Below, piece by piece: positions 28,910 to 37,869 of a DNA stretch of 64,000 nucleotides. A program made the position numbers and the translations under genes. The notes beneath the pieces are model-generated. The model worked only from the letters and a program-made list of their open reading frames with translations, was not told the origin of the DNA and made no database searches. The stretch covers positions 329,049 to 393,048 of the forward strand of contig JACKGO010000001.1 of the NCBI GenBank assembly GCA_020631975.1, given 5' to 3'. This DNA is from Candidatus Nomurabacteria bacterium (GTDB lineage Bacteria; Patescibacteriota; Saccharimonadia; Saccharimonadales; CAIOMD01). Every line of letters starts with the position of its first letter. The first letter of the stretch is position 1.

Positions 28910-30168
28910 TAAAAACCCCTCCCTTTCACAGATGCATGAATGGTTTCTGGGGCAATTAAACTATTGTTTAGTTGACCCAGTACTTGCTGTTCGAGGGTTT
29001 TTTCGCCCATATAGCGCATAAATAATTCATTCCAAAGGGCTTCTCTAAAGTGAAATACTGCCCTTTTTGCGTATGGTGTGTTATTGCTATAGCTTAGGGC
29101 AATATCCATCAGGTTAAACGTGACTGGTCTACCAGCGTGCATAACACCAACATAATCTAAATCTCGCCACCAGCCTAGTTCTGGGTCTATTTGGTATAAT
29201 ATGTTTTCGGCTTTTCGCCAGTGTAAATCTTCTGGTTGAACGTGTGGTTCAAAAATTTCTGGATGATATTCGTTTTCAAGTTTACCAAAATATCGTTGAA
29301 TGACTCGCCAGTGAACAGCTTGACCCGCCATGACGGCAGCGTCACCCGGGTCGGCGATAAGCGTATTTATGACGATTTCAGCAAAGTTTGGCTTTACTTG
29401 CTGGAGTTTAAAAAATGAACTATACAAACGTATTTCGTTAATATAATGAAATAGTAGTGGCATCACGGTCATGGTAATACCAGGCATTTCAGTAGTTTTA
29501 ATAGGTAGCATTAGTATAATACCAAGCTCTTTTACATGGGTAATGTTGTGTCGTTTTTTGTGAACAAAAGGTTCAGCAATATCTGCCCAGCGATCAGCAG
29601 GCATTGGAACAATTTCTATATCACGCTCTTCAAAATCAGATGGTTTAATATCTGTATATTGTGCATCAAATGCATTAAGCCAGTCTGCACTTTCTGCAAA
29701 CCTAAGCGCACCATAAATTTCAAAAATATTTTCGTTTTTGAGCATACTATCAATGCTTCTGTAGCCAAGCTTTTTCATAATGTTAGGTGGTGGAGTTTTA
29801 CGAAGAAATTCCTTGGCAACACTCTTTTTTAGTACCCAACATTTTTTTGCTATTTTAACTTCTTCGGCTGCAGCCTTCATTTTAGGGAGTAAATCTTGAA
29901 CATCTGTTGCGTTATGGCCACCAATTTGTTTTGCTAAATGTTCATCGTCACGCTTAAACCTATGTAATAACGCAGCATAGAGCTCTTTACCTGTTGTGTC
30001 TTTGGGGTCAAGCCGCAAATCGGCTGTTTTTTGATGTATTTGCCCAATAATCTCGGCAGTTAATCGTACATCAACACCAGGTTTACCACTGGCTTGTTCG
30101 AGTTGTTGTACTGCAATAGTAAACATAGGCTCTGTAGCACCAAGTAATTGTGATATAAATCTAGACAT
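28909..30168 (-). CDS. Hypothetical protein, 419 aa, no family recognised
   Basis: Long ORF with SD GGGGGTGGG upstream of the ATG. It is sandwiched and translationally coupled between the PfkB kinase and LOG-like genes. Confidence 0.7.
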   Translation of the reverse strand: MSRFISQLLGATEPMFTIAVQQLEQASGKPGVDVRLTAEIIGQIHQKTADLRLDPKDTTGKELYAALLHRFKRDDEHLAKQIGGHNATDVQDLLPKMKAAAEEVKIAKKCWVLKKSVAKEFLRKTPPPNIMKKLGYRSIDSMLKNENIFEIYGALRFAESADWLNAFDAQYTDIKPSDFEERDIEIVPMPADRWADIAEPFVHKKRHNITHVKELGIILMLPIKTTEMPGITMTVMPLLFHYINEIRLYSSFFKLQQVKPNFAEIVINTLIADPGDAAVMAGQAVHWRVIQRYFGKLENEYHPEIFEPHVQPEDLHWRKAENILYQIDPELGWWRDLDYVGVMHAGRPVTFNLMDIALSYSNNTPYAKRAVFHFREALWNELFMRYMGEKTLEQQVLGQLNNSLIAPETIHASVKGRGF

Positions 30169-30183
30169 TACCCACCCCCATGT

Positions 30184-31170
30184 TTACATTTCTTTTACTT
30201 TTAGTGGCATCTCATGTACAACATCGTCAATATGTATTATACCTGCTTTAGCACCAATTTTACTTACAACCCGGGTAGAGTTTGCACTGGCGTAAGTCAC
30301 AGCCCATTCCAATGGTTCGCCTGCGGCTATCATCGCAGTAAATCCAGAGCTAAATGCATCACCGGCACCTGTTCTATCTACAACGGGGACGTTTTCATAC
30401 ATGCCCGCTTTGACAATGTGCCATCTATCGGCAGCCATAGCACCTTTGGGCCCATCTGTTACTACAACATAATGCACATCTTTATTCGCTGCTCTAACTA
30501 ATTCTTCTAGCGTTTCCCCTTTATATAAGCTTTGCATTTCTTGCTTATTCATAGACAAAATAGTGAGCTTAGGAATTAGTTTTTTAAGCTCTGCTTTTTG
30601 AGCGAGTTCTTTTTTGCCAGGGTTAAAAGCAATTTTTATATTATGTTGTTGTGCATATGCAAATACGGTATGTAGTACTTCAAAGTTACCATCTAAGCTT
30701 GTTAAATAGATCCATTCTGGTTTAGTGTCATGAAAATCTGCTGTTTTTATACTGTAGTGAGCGCTGGCACCCCTATAGGCTAAAATAGTCCGCTCGCCAC
30801 TTGGGGCTAATAATATACAACTAAAACCACTGCCATAGCCGTTGTTAGACAGCCCAACGAGGCTCGTGTCTACACCATCTTTGTGTAAATCATCCAGTAT
30901 CGCTCGCCCTGCAACATCATCACCTACCTTACCCAAATACATCGCGTGCAAGCCTTGGCGGGCAAATGTTACAGAGGCATTGGTTGCACCTCCGCCCGTA
31001 CTAAATATTACGCCGTCAATATCGTTTTTAGAACCGAGTTCGAACTCTTCTATCATATCGCCATCGCAGTCTTTGTGCGGTTTAAAGATTTTACCTTGCA
31101 AAAATACATCTTGCACAGCTGCTCCGACAGATAAGATTCGGGTATGTTTTCTATGTTCGTGTTTGCTCAT
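30184..31170 (-). CDS. PfkB-family carbohydrate/nucleoside kinase
   Basis: The PfkB signature DRTGAGDAFSSGF is present. The start is ambiguous (ATG 31170 or 31194). Confidence 0.8.
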   Translation of the reverse strand: MSKHEHRKHTRILSVGAAVQDVFLQGKIFKPHKDCDGDMIEEFELGSKNDIDGVIFSTGGGATNASVTFARQGLHAMYLGKVGDDVAGRAILDDLHKDGVDTSLVGLSNNGYGSGFSCILLAPSGERTILAYRGASAHYSIKTADFHDTKPEWIYLTSLDGNFEVLHTVFAYAQQHNIKIAFNPGKKELAQKAELKKLIPKLTILSMNKQEMQSLYKGETLEELVRAANKDVHYVVVTDGPKGAMAADRWHIVKAGMYENVPVVDRTGAGDAFSSGFTAMIAAGEPLEWAVTYASANSTRVVSKIGAKAGIIHIDDVVHEMPLKVKEM

Positions 31171-31276
31171 AATATACAGGGTCCAGTATACCATTTATGC
31201 TTATCGCCGCCTAGCCTGGTTGGTATATGAAACGTTTTTAATATAGGCTATAGACTGCTACAAACAAAACGAAACA

Positions 31277-32506
31277 CTAGCTATTGTTTTGCTCTTCGAA
31301 CTCAGCTGCCATCGTAGGGTTACCACGCGTGAGCTTCTTTACTGTTAACTCTTCTGCTTTATTGTTAGCAATGCGTAAATTATCTTCTGAGCGCAATAAG
31401 TTATCTTTGGTTTTTTGCAATTGAGCAATAGATTTATCGATACTATCGATGGCTGTTTTAAATTTCTCGGACGCGAGCCTATAGTTTCTGCCAAACGATT
31501 CACGAAAATCATTAAGCTGACCTTCAAAATTAGTGACATCAATGTTTTGGGCCTTAACAAGTGCTAATTCTGATTTATATGCAAGTGAATGTCGTGCAGC
31601 GTTACGCAATAAGGTAATGATGGGTATAAAAAATTGCGGCCGAATAACATACATTTTTTGGTATTTGTAAGAAACATCCACAATGCCGCTATTATACAAC
31701 TCGCTTTCGCTTTCTAGCAGCGTCACAAGCACAGCATACTCACATTTCTTTTCAGTGCGATCTTTGTCGAGTTCGCGCAGAAAATCCTCGTTTTTGTGTT
31801 TCGTGGCAGTCTCGTCACCTTCGTTCTTCATTTCGAACATTATCGAAATGATTTCAGTGCCATTTTCGTCAGAATCACGGTAGATGTAATCACCCTTGCT
31901 ACCACTTGAAACATCGTTATCTTTTTCAAAATAAGCGTTCTGGAACGCCGTTGCGCGGAGTTTATTAAATTCTGTTTCGCAGTGTTGTTCCAGCGTTTCT
32001 CCCACCATCTTAGTAGATAGTTTCGCTTTCATATCTTTATAGTAGGCAATCATTTCATCTTTGCTCTTAAGTTCGGATTCGTATTTATCTTTAAGCGAGG
32101 CTTTTAACAGCTGGGCTTCATGGTCTTTGCTTTTTAGTTGGTTTACAAGATCATCGCGCTGTTTTTCTATGGCGTGAACTGCGTCTGTTAGGGCAAGCTT
32201 TTTTTCTGTTTCAGTGTTTTCTAACTTTGCTTGCATACGGGTAATTTTCGCTTCTGCATCGGCTTTAAGTTTTGCTAGTTCGGCATCTTTTTTGGCAGAT
32301 TCTGCTATGAGAGCATTTTGTGCTTTTTGTTCTGCCAGCTTAACTGCATTTTCTTTTTCTTTTTCTAGCAGTGCTAAGCGTTCGTGTAGTTCTTTATTAA
32401 ATTCATGATTTCGGACTTGCTGCACAATATCAGCAAAACCTGCTTCATCTATGGTGAAGGCTTTTTTACAATGGGGGCAAATAATCTCATTCACTATATA
32501 CTCCAT
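31277..32506 (-). CDS. DUF2130-like protein: N-terminal zinc ribbon, long coiled coil, C-terminal nuclease-like domain
   Basis: CPHCKKAF at the N-terminus, then about 150 aa of K/E/A-rich coiled coil, then a C-terminal ...D...FEMKNE (D..ExK-like) motif. Confidence 0.7.
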   Translation of the reverse strand: MEYIVNEIICPHCKKAFTIDEAGFADIVQQVRNHEFNKELHERLALLEKEKENAVKLAEQKAQNALIAESAKKDAELAKLKADAEAKITRMQAKLENTETEKKLALTDAVHAIEKQRDDLVNQLKSKDHEAQLLKASLKDKYESELKSKDEMIAYYKDMKAKLSTKMVGETLEQHCETEFNKLRATAFQNAYFEKDNDVSSGSKGDYIYRDSDENGTEIISIMFEMKNEGDETATKHKNEDFLRELDKDRTEKKCEYAVLVTLLESESELYNSGIVDVSYKYQKMYVIRPQFFIPIITLLRNAARHSLAYKSELALVKAQNIDVTNFEGQLNDFRESFGRNYRLASEKFKTAIDSIDKSIAQLQKTKDNLLRSEDNLRIANNKAEELTVKKLTRGNPTMAAEFEEQNNS

Positions 32507-32672
32507 TTCGTGTTACTCAATGTTTGCTACACAATGTCGTGGTACACAAACATTCTTCTATGTAGTATGGCATAGTTTGGGCGTGAATGTTTTATCAATG
32601 GTATCGTGTGCAACCTTTAACTTTTCTAGATAAACTGTGGCAGTGGGTACGAGTCGCATCGTCTAATCTTGC

Positions 32673-32708
32673 ACGCTATATGTAGCGTACCGACGCTACC
32701 TGTAGCGT
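32673..32708. promoter_or_regulatory. Tandem pair of 16-bp palindromes ACGCTA-N4-TAGCGT (candidate operator pair)
   Basis: ACGCTAtatgTAGCGT is at 32673-32688 and ACGCTAcctgTAGCGT at 32693-32708, with centres 20 bp apart. They lie just downstream of the fba stop (32717). Confidence 0.55.
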
Positions 32709-32716
32709 GGATGTAC

Positions 32717-33634
32717 TTAATAGTGGGCTTTGCCTATAGAATTGTAGCTCGCCAGTTTGGTTTCTACGACGGTCTGAACAGCACCATAAACTTCTGGCAT
32801 GAGTTTTACAACGGCGTATTCATCTGGATTTTCACGCAAGACCTTTTCTAAGGTGTCACGGAAGGCGCGGCGCATATCGCTGTTAACATTAATCTTCGTA
32901 ACTCCTGCCCGAACAGCTTCTTCGTAAAAATGAGCCGGCGTGCCACTGCCGCCATGTAAGCTAATGTTAGTGTTTCTTGGTAAGGCTTTTCTGATACGTT
33001 CTAGCAGAGCGATATCTAACGTTTTTGGTACCGGGTAACTGCCGTGTAAATTACCAATAGCAGCCGCATATGTGTCTATGCCAGTATCTTTTACAAACTT
33101 TTCGGCACCACGTGGTGTACTAAATGTTTTTTTAATATCAGCGTAATCAAAAGCCTCTTTGTGCACGTTACTGCTGCCACCAAAGTAATGGGGTTCGCTT
33201 TCTACAATTGCACCAGTGAAGGTTGCATAACGAACAACTTCCCTAGTAGCAATTATTATTTCATTATCTGTTGCGTTGTGATTAGCTTGGCTAACATCTA
33301 TATGAATAAATTCAAATCCGGCATCTATACCCGCTTTGGCAGTTTCTACAGATGGGCTATGATCTAGGTTAATATACATTTCTATGCCAAATTCTTGCTT
33401 GTAATTATCTACCATATCGCGCACGTTCATGAGCCCCATTGCTTCTACTTCGCCATGGCTGACCTCTACCATAAGTGGCGCTTGTAGTTTTTGAGCAGCT
33501 TTTGCAACCGCAATAAGCGTTTCTTGGTTATCTATATTAAACGCACCTACAGCAAATTTCTGGACTCGTGCATTGGCCATTGTTTCGCGTGCTTTAGTAC
33601 AGTTTTGTCTTATTTGTTGTATTGTATGTCCCAT
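32717..33634 (-). CDS. fba: Class II fructose-bisphosphate aldolase
   Basis: YAVGAFN-type N-terminus (FAVGAFNIDN) and the motifs HLDHS-like INLDHS, SLHGGSG and NVNSDMR. Confidence 0.88.
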   Translation of the reverse strand: MGHTIQQIRQNCTKARETMANARVQKFAVGAFNIDNQETLIAVAKAAQKLQAPLMVEVSHGEVEAMGLMNVRDMVDNYKQEFGIEMYINLDHSPSVETAKAGIDAGFEFIHIDVSQANHNATDNEIIIATREVVRYATFTGAIVESEPHYFGGSSNVHKEAFDYADIKKTFSTPRGAEKFVKDTGIDTYAAAIGNLHGSYPVPKTLDIALLERIRKALPRNTNISLHGGSGTPAHFYEEAVRAGVTKINVNSDMRRAFRDTLEKVLRENPDEYAVVKLMPEVYGAVQTVVETKLASYNSIGKAHY

Positions 33635-33676
33635 GTTTGCAACCTTTAGCGTTATGCTTGTTATTATACCCTATTA

Positions 33677-34555
33677 CTATGCAAATATTGCTAGTAATCC
33701 ACATACAGCGAGCGCCACAGCAGCGATTCGTTTGCCTAAATATGTACGTTCTTTTAAAAGCCAAAAAGCCAGCACAGACGTAAGAGTAATCTTTGCAGTA
33801 GAAGCGAGCACCACTGAACTCAGCATGCTTGTACTAAGCGCATAAATAAACAGTGACCCCGTAAGTGTAGTCAGTAAACCAGCTACAAGGGCGTAGCGCC
33901 AGAATCTAGCGGTGCGCTGCAGCCCGAGTTCCTGCCGGCCAAAAATACTAAATAGAATCACTGCGCCAGCTCCTTGTGCAGCCCACCCAAACATAGCATA
34001 ATCCCACACACCAATGCTGTTGATTGCCAATTTTTCAAATAGTAAGCCAATAGATAAAAGCAACGCGCTCATACATAATAAATAGAGTTTTTTGGTTAGA
34101 GTAACATTATTTTTTTTAACGTGCCGGCCATTCACACTAAGGGCTAAATATACACCAGAAAGCAATAGCAAAGCCCCAACAAATAATCCTACCGTCAGTG
34201 GCTCGTCAAGCAATAAGATACCTAAAGTGGCGGTTGTCAAAAAAATAAAAGACTGGGCAACCGCCATAGAAGAAGCGCCGATAATAGATAATAATCGGTA
34301 CGAAAAGTACCACGACATTGGTATAAACAAACCTTCGCCAATCAGGTACCAAACGACAGTGCCTGTTGGTAGCACTGGCAAAGTGCCACCAAAACGCACA
34401 ACACTAATTATAGAGCCGGCAACGGCAACAGTTAGGTATATTGTAAGAAATAAAGTAAAGGTGTGTTTACTATAGACAAGTGACACTTTTCTATACCATA
34501 ATGTCATGCTTGAACTAGCAATTATTTGTAGCACCATTACCTGTTGCCAGGTCAT
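33677..34555 (-). CDS. EamA/DMT-family transporter
   Basis: 292 aa with about 10 predicted TM helices in a duplicated EamA-like architecture. Confidence 0.7.
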   Translation of the reverse strand: MTWQQVMVLQIIASSSMTLWYRKVSLVYSKHTFTLFLTIYLTVAVAGSIISVVRFGGTLPVLPTGTVVWYLIGEGLFIPMSWYFSYRLLSIIGASSMAVAQSFIFLTTATLGILLLDEPLTVGLFVGALLLLSGVYLALSVNGRHVKKNNVTLTKKLYLLCMSALLLSIGLLFEKLAINSIGVWDYAMFGWAAQGAGAVILFSIFGRQELGLQRTARFWRYALVAGLLTTLTGSLFIYALSTSMLSSVVLASTAKITLTSVLAFWLLKERTYLGKRIAAVALAVCGLLAIFA

Positions 34556-34559
34556 AGAA

Positions 34560-35540
34560 CTATTGCTTTCCGGTTGCAGACAACAACTCGTGAGCTGTGA
34601 GCATAATATGCTTTGCTGTTAGGCCAAAGTGCTTTAAAAGTTCGTCTGGTGACCCACTTTCTCCGTACTTGTCCTTTACACCCAAACGGCGCATTGGCGT
34701 AGGGTGGTGTTCAGACAATACCTCTGCCACCGCACCGCCAAGTCCACCAGCAATTTGGGCTTCTTCTATAGTAATCACGGCACCTGTTTTTTTGGCACTT
34801 TGCAAAATAGTAACGGCGTCTAGTGGCTTAATCGTAGGTACGTGTACAACTTCGGCTGATATGCCATCTTTAAATAATGATTCTGCAGCCATCAAAGCTT
34901 GATATGTCATTGTGCCAGTACTGATAATCGTTATATCGTCGCCCGGCTCATACACATACGCTTTGCCAATTTCAAAAGGAGTCTTAGTAGTGCTTATTAC
35001 TGGTGTAGCCTCACGGGCAAGTCTTAGATAAGCTGGGCGTTTATCTTTAGCAATTGCTAAGGTAGCTTTTTCTGCTTCGATGGCGTCTGCAGGAACAATC
35101 ACAACCATGTTCGGCATCACACGCATAAGGGCAATATCTTCGAGCATTTGGTGTGTAGCACCGTCTGCTCCAGTGTACAAACCAGCATGTGAACCAACGA
35201 TTTTTACAGGTACATCGTTCAGTGCTACCGTGGTTTTAATTTGTTCCCAGTTGCGCCCTGGGCTAAAGGCTGCATAGCTACTAATAAACGGAATTTTGCC
35301 AGCAATTGCTAAGCCTGCGCCTACTGTTGCGAGGTTTTGTTCGGCGATGCCTACTTCAAAAAACCTATCGCTAAAAGCATCGCGAAACAAATGCATTTGA
35401 GTGCTTTCTGTTAAATCTGCACAAAGTGCCACTACGTTTTCATCAATTTCTGCCGCTTTAACAAGACCCGTACCAAACCCTTTACGAATCGGGGATTTTT
35501 CTATGTCTTTTTTGGTATAGTCATTTAAATATAAAATCAT
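34560..35540 (-). CDS. Transketolase, C-terminal (pyrimidine-binding) subunit
   Basis: GFGTGL..., EVGIAEQN and a C-terminal transketolase domain. The ATG at 35540 overlaps the upstream stop (ATGA). Confidence 0.9.
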   Translation of the reverse strand: MILYLNDYTKKDIEKSPIRKGFGTGLVKAAEIDENVVALCADLTESTQMHLFRDAFSDRFFEVGIAEQNLATVGAGLAIAGKIPFISSYAAFSPGRNWEQIKTTVALNDVPVKIVGSHAGLYTGADGATHQMLEDIALMRVMPNMVVIVPADAIEAEKATLAIAKDKRPAYLRLAREATPVISTTKTPFEIGKAYVYEPGDDITIISTGTMTYQALMAAESLFKDGISAEVVHVPTIKPLDAVTILQSAKKTGAVITIEEAQIAGGLGGAVAEVLSEHHPTPMRRLGVKDKYGESGSPDELLKHFGLTAKHIMLTAHELLSATGKQ

Positions 35541-35836
35541 TTTTTTACTTTCATAATTGCAAATATACTTAAATAGCCTACCGCAGACCATATAATAATA
35601 TCTGTAAGAAGCATTATTGGTTGCAAGCCTTGATTTTTTGAATGATTAGGCTCTATTAAATACGTAAATGGCAAACCATGATTATACATGGTAAGATTGC
35701 AATCAATAGTATAGTCTATATCTGTACCTGTACAATACTCTCCTTGGGTGGTGGGTGCGTACCAATATGTTAATGCAGTAATAGTTACGCCAACAATAAA
35801 AGATAGACTGATTTTTTTAGCAACATTACTACTCAT
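35537..35836 (-). CDS. Small two-TM membrane protein (100 aa) inserted between the transketolase halves
   Basis: ATG at 35836 with AGGAG 5 nt upstream. It overlaps the tktN 3' end by 8 nt and the tktC start by 4 nt, and has N- and C-terminal hydrophobic helices. Confidence 0.65.
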   Translation of the reverse strand: MSSNVAKKISLSFIVGVTITALTYWYAPTTQGEYCTGTDIDYTIDCNLTMYNHGLPFTYLIEPNHSKNQGLQPIMLLTDIIIWSAVGYLSIFAIMKVKK

Positions 35837-36689
35837 GTTCGCTCCTGATGCGGCCCTGTAGGGTACGGAGTTCTTGCAGCGCAAGCTTGGCTTGTGCGTG
35901 ATTAGGGGGCATACCATGCCAACGGAAATCGTATTCCATAAAATCTACCCCTTTACCCGGTATAGTATGGGCAATTATCATGACAGGTTTTTCTACCACT
36001 GCGCGAGCCATTGCACAGGCGTCTATAACAGCCTCTACATCGTTACCATCTATTTCAATCACATGCCAGCCAAAGGCTTCCCATTTAGCACGTAAATCTT
36101 CTAACGGCATGACTGTTTCTGTTGGGCCATCAATCTGTATATTGTTGCGATCTATAATACCAATGATATTGTGTAGTTTATGGCGCGGCGCCATCATAGC
36201 TGCTTCCCATATATTGCCTTCGTTTAGCTCACCGTCACCCATAACTACATACACCCAGCGATGATGCTGCTTATTAAGTCGTAACGCTAAGCCTATTCCG
36301 ATTGCCTGGCTAAGTCCACAGCCTAGAGGACCACTTGTAGATTCTACACCTGGTAGCTTCGTGCGTTCGGGGTGCCCCTGTAAGCGACTTCCATATTGCC
36401 GCAGTGTATGTAGCTCTTTTTTGTTAAAGTAGCCTGCTTCTGCCAAAGTAGCGTACAGCACCGGTGCACAGTGCCCATTACTTAATAGTAGATAATCTCT
36501 TTCGTCCCATTCTGGTTTTTTTGAATCATGTTTTAATATATCAAAATAAAGTGCTGTAAAAATATCAGCTAAGCCTAGCGGGCCAGCTGAATGGCCACTG
36601 CCTGCTGTTTCGAGCATCGTAATAATATCTTTTCTAATGGAATTTGCTTTTTTTTCTAAATCAGCAACCGATAGTTTTTTTGTACTCAT
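35829..36689 (-). CDS. Transketolase, N-terminal (TPP-binding) subunit
   Basis: GSGHSAGPLG, GDGELNEG and a TPP-binding fold; 286 aa. Confidence 0.9.
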   Translation of the reverse strand: MSTKKLSVADLEKKANSIRKDIITMLETAGSGHSAGPLGLADIFTALYFDILKHDSKKPEWDERDYLLLSNGHCAPVLYATLAEAGYFNKKELHTLRQYGSRLQGHPERTKLPGVESTSGPLGCGLSQAIGIGLALRLNKQHHRWVYVVMGDGELNEGNIWEAAMMAPRHKLHNIIGIIDRNNIQIDGPTETVMPLEDLRAKWEAFGWHVIEIDGNDVEAVIDACAMARAVVEKPVMIIAHTIPGKGVDFMEYDFRWHGMPPNHAQAKLALQELRTLQGRIRSEHE

Positions 36690-36736
36690 AAATATGTACC
36701 TATAATACCATAAGCGTTGCTACCACGAGAATAATA

Positions 36737-37366
36737 CTACGAAACAATATCTACAAGTTCTTTATAGCGCGATGCTGGATTATCGGCACTTTGAATGCCG
36801 CTACCAACATTAATAACGTCTATACCAGCATTTTTAATTGCTAGAACGTTCTGTGTGTTTGCACCGCCATCCCAGCCATATGTTAGGTGTCTACTATATT
36901 TTTTAGCTTCATGAACTTTTTGTAGCTGCTCCAAATCTGCATTGCCACCATGGAACCCTAGTTTACCGCCAAATATTAACAGATGCTGAACGTGTGGCAA
37001 CCACTGAGCAATACTATCAAGCGAAGTTTCGGGGAGGAGCGCTAGACCAGTTTGTATACCGTGTTCGCGCATTGCTGTAGCAAAGAGTGGAATATCGGTG
37101 TCAGATTCGGCATGAATAATAACCAGTTTAGGTTTTAGCGCCACTAATTCGCGTACGATTTCTTGTGGACGGCGATACATTACATGGATATCTAGTGCTT
37201 TATCTGATGGGAAATGCATGTCACGTAGTGTTGGCGAGCTTTTTGGTGTGAAATCACCATCCATAATGTCTATATGTAAACGTTCAGCAAAAGCGCTTAC
37301 CGCGCGCAACTGGCGATTAAAACTATGTGTATCGTAGGCTGTCACAGTTGGGCAGATAGTAATCAT
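36737..37366 (-). CDS. rpe: Ribulose-phosphate 3-epimerase
   Basis: TIM-barrel Rpe pattern (HIDIMDGDF, DIHVM); 209 aa. Confidence 0.8.
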   Translation of the reverse strand: MITICPTVTAYDTHSFNRQLRAVSAFAERLHIDIMDGDFTPKSSPTLRDMHFPSDKALDIHVMYRRPQEIVRELVALKPKLVIIHAESDTDIPLFATAMREHGIQTGLALLPETSLDSIAQWLPHVQHLLIFGGKLGFHGGNADLEQLQKVHEAKKYSRHLTYGWDGGANTQNVLAIKNAGIDVINVGSGIQSADNPASRYKELVDIVS

Positions 37367-37420
37367 ATAGGTATGGTAGCACAGACCACTGTATATATGG
37401 GGCGTTTTGCCAAAAAGACG

Positions 37421-37864
37421 CTACAGTGAATCTAGTTCTTTGTTGCGCCTAATAAAGCGCGGTGCATTCGCAAACGGTGTCGTCAGAAATTCGTCTATTA
37501 TTGCGTATACTTCTTGGGGATTGGTATCGTATAGTTCCGCAGGTATCGCGAGTACGTTCGCGTCTTCATCGTTACGAACGCCACGGGCTGCCGCGCGGCT
37601 CCAACCTAACCCTGCACGTATACCTTTAATACGATTTGCAGCCATAATCATTCCTTGACCACTACCACATAGTAAAATTGCTCGCGAATCGGTATTAGTC
37701 AGCACGCTACTTGTAGCCTTCGCTGCAAATACAGGAAAATCATCTGTAGGATCATATCTGTCATCACCACTATCGGTAGTGTCATAACCGCGTTTTTTTA
37801 GATATGTAATAATCGATTCCTTAGCGGTGAAGCCACGATGATCAGCTGCTACAAATAGCTTCAT
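37421..37864 (-). CDS. rpiB: Ribose-5-phosphate isomerase B
   Basis: RpiB/LacAB pattern (ADHRGF, LLCGSGQGM); 147 aa. Confidence 0.85.
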   Translation of the reverse strand: MKLFVAADHRGFTAKESIITYLKKRGYDTTDSGDDRYDPTDDFPVFAAKATSSVLTNTDSRAILLCGSGQGMIMAANRIKGIRAGLGWSRAAARGVRNDEDANVLAIPAELYDTNPQEVYAIIDEFLTTPFANAPRFIRRNKELDSL

Positions 37865-37869
37865 TGTAT

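Noticed and set aside
35837-35917. Longer version of the small ORF between the transketolase halves (ORF-track start 35917)
   Set aside because: The extra 27 codons lie wholly inside tktN in another frame and have no SD. The internal ATG at 35836 has AGGAG at ideal spacing.
37704-37719. Near-copy of the operator motif (ACGCTA-cttg-TAGCcT) inside rpiB
   Set aside because: It has one mismatch and lies within a coding sequence. Roughly 0.1 such one-mismatch hits are expected by chance, so I do not treat it as a site.
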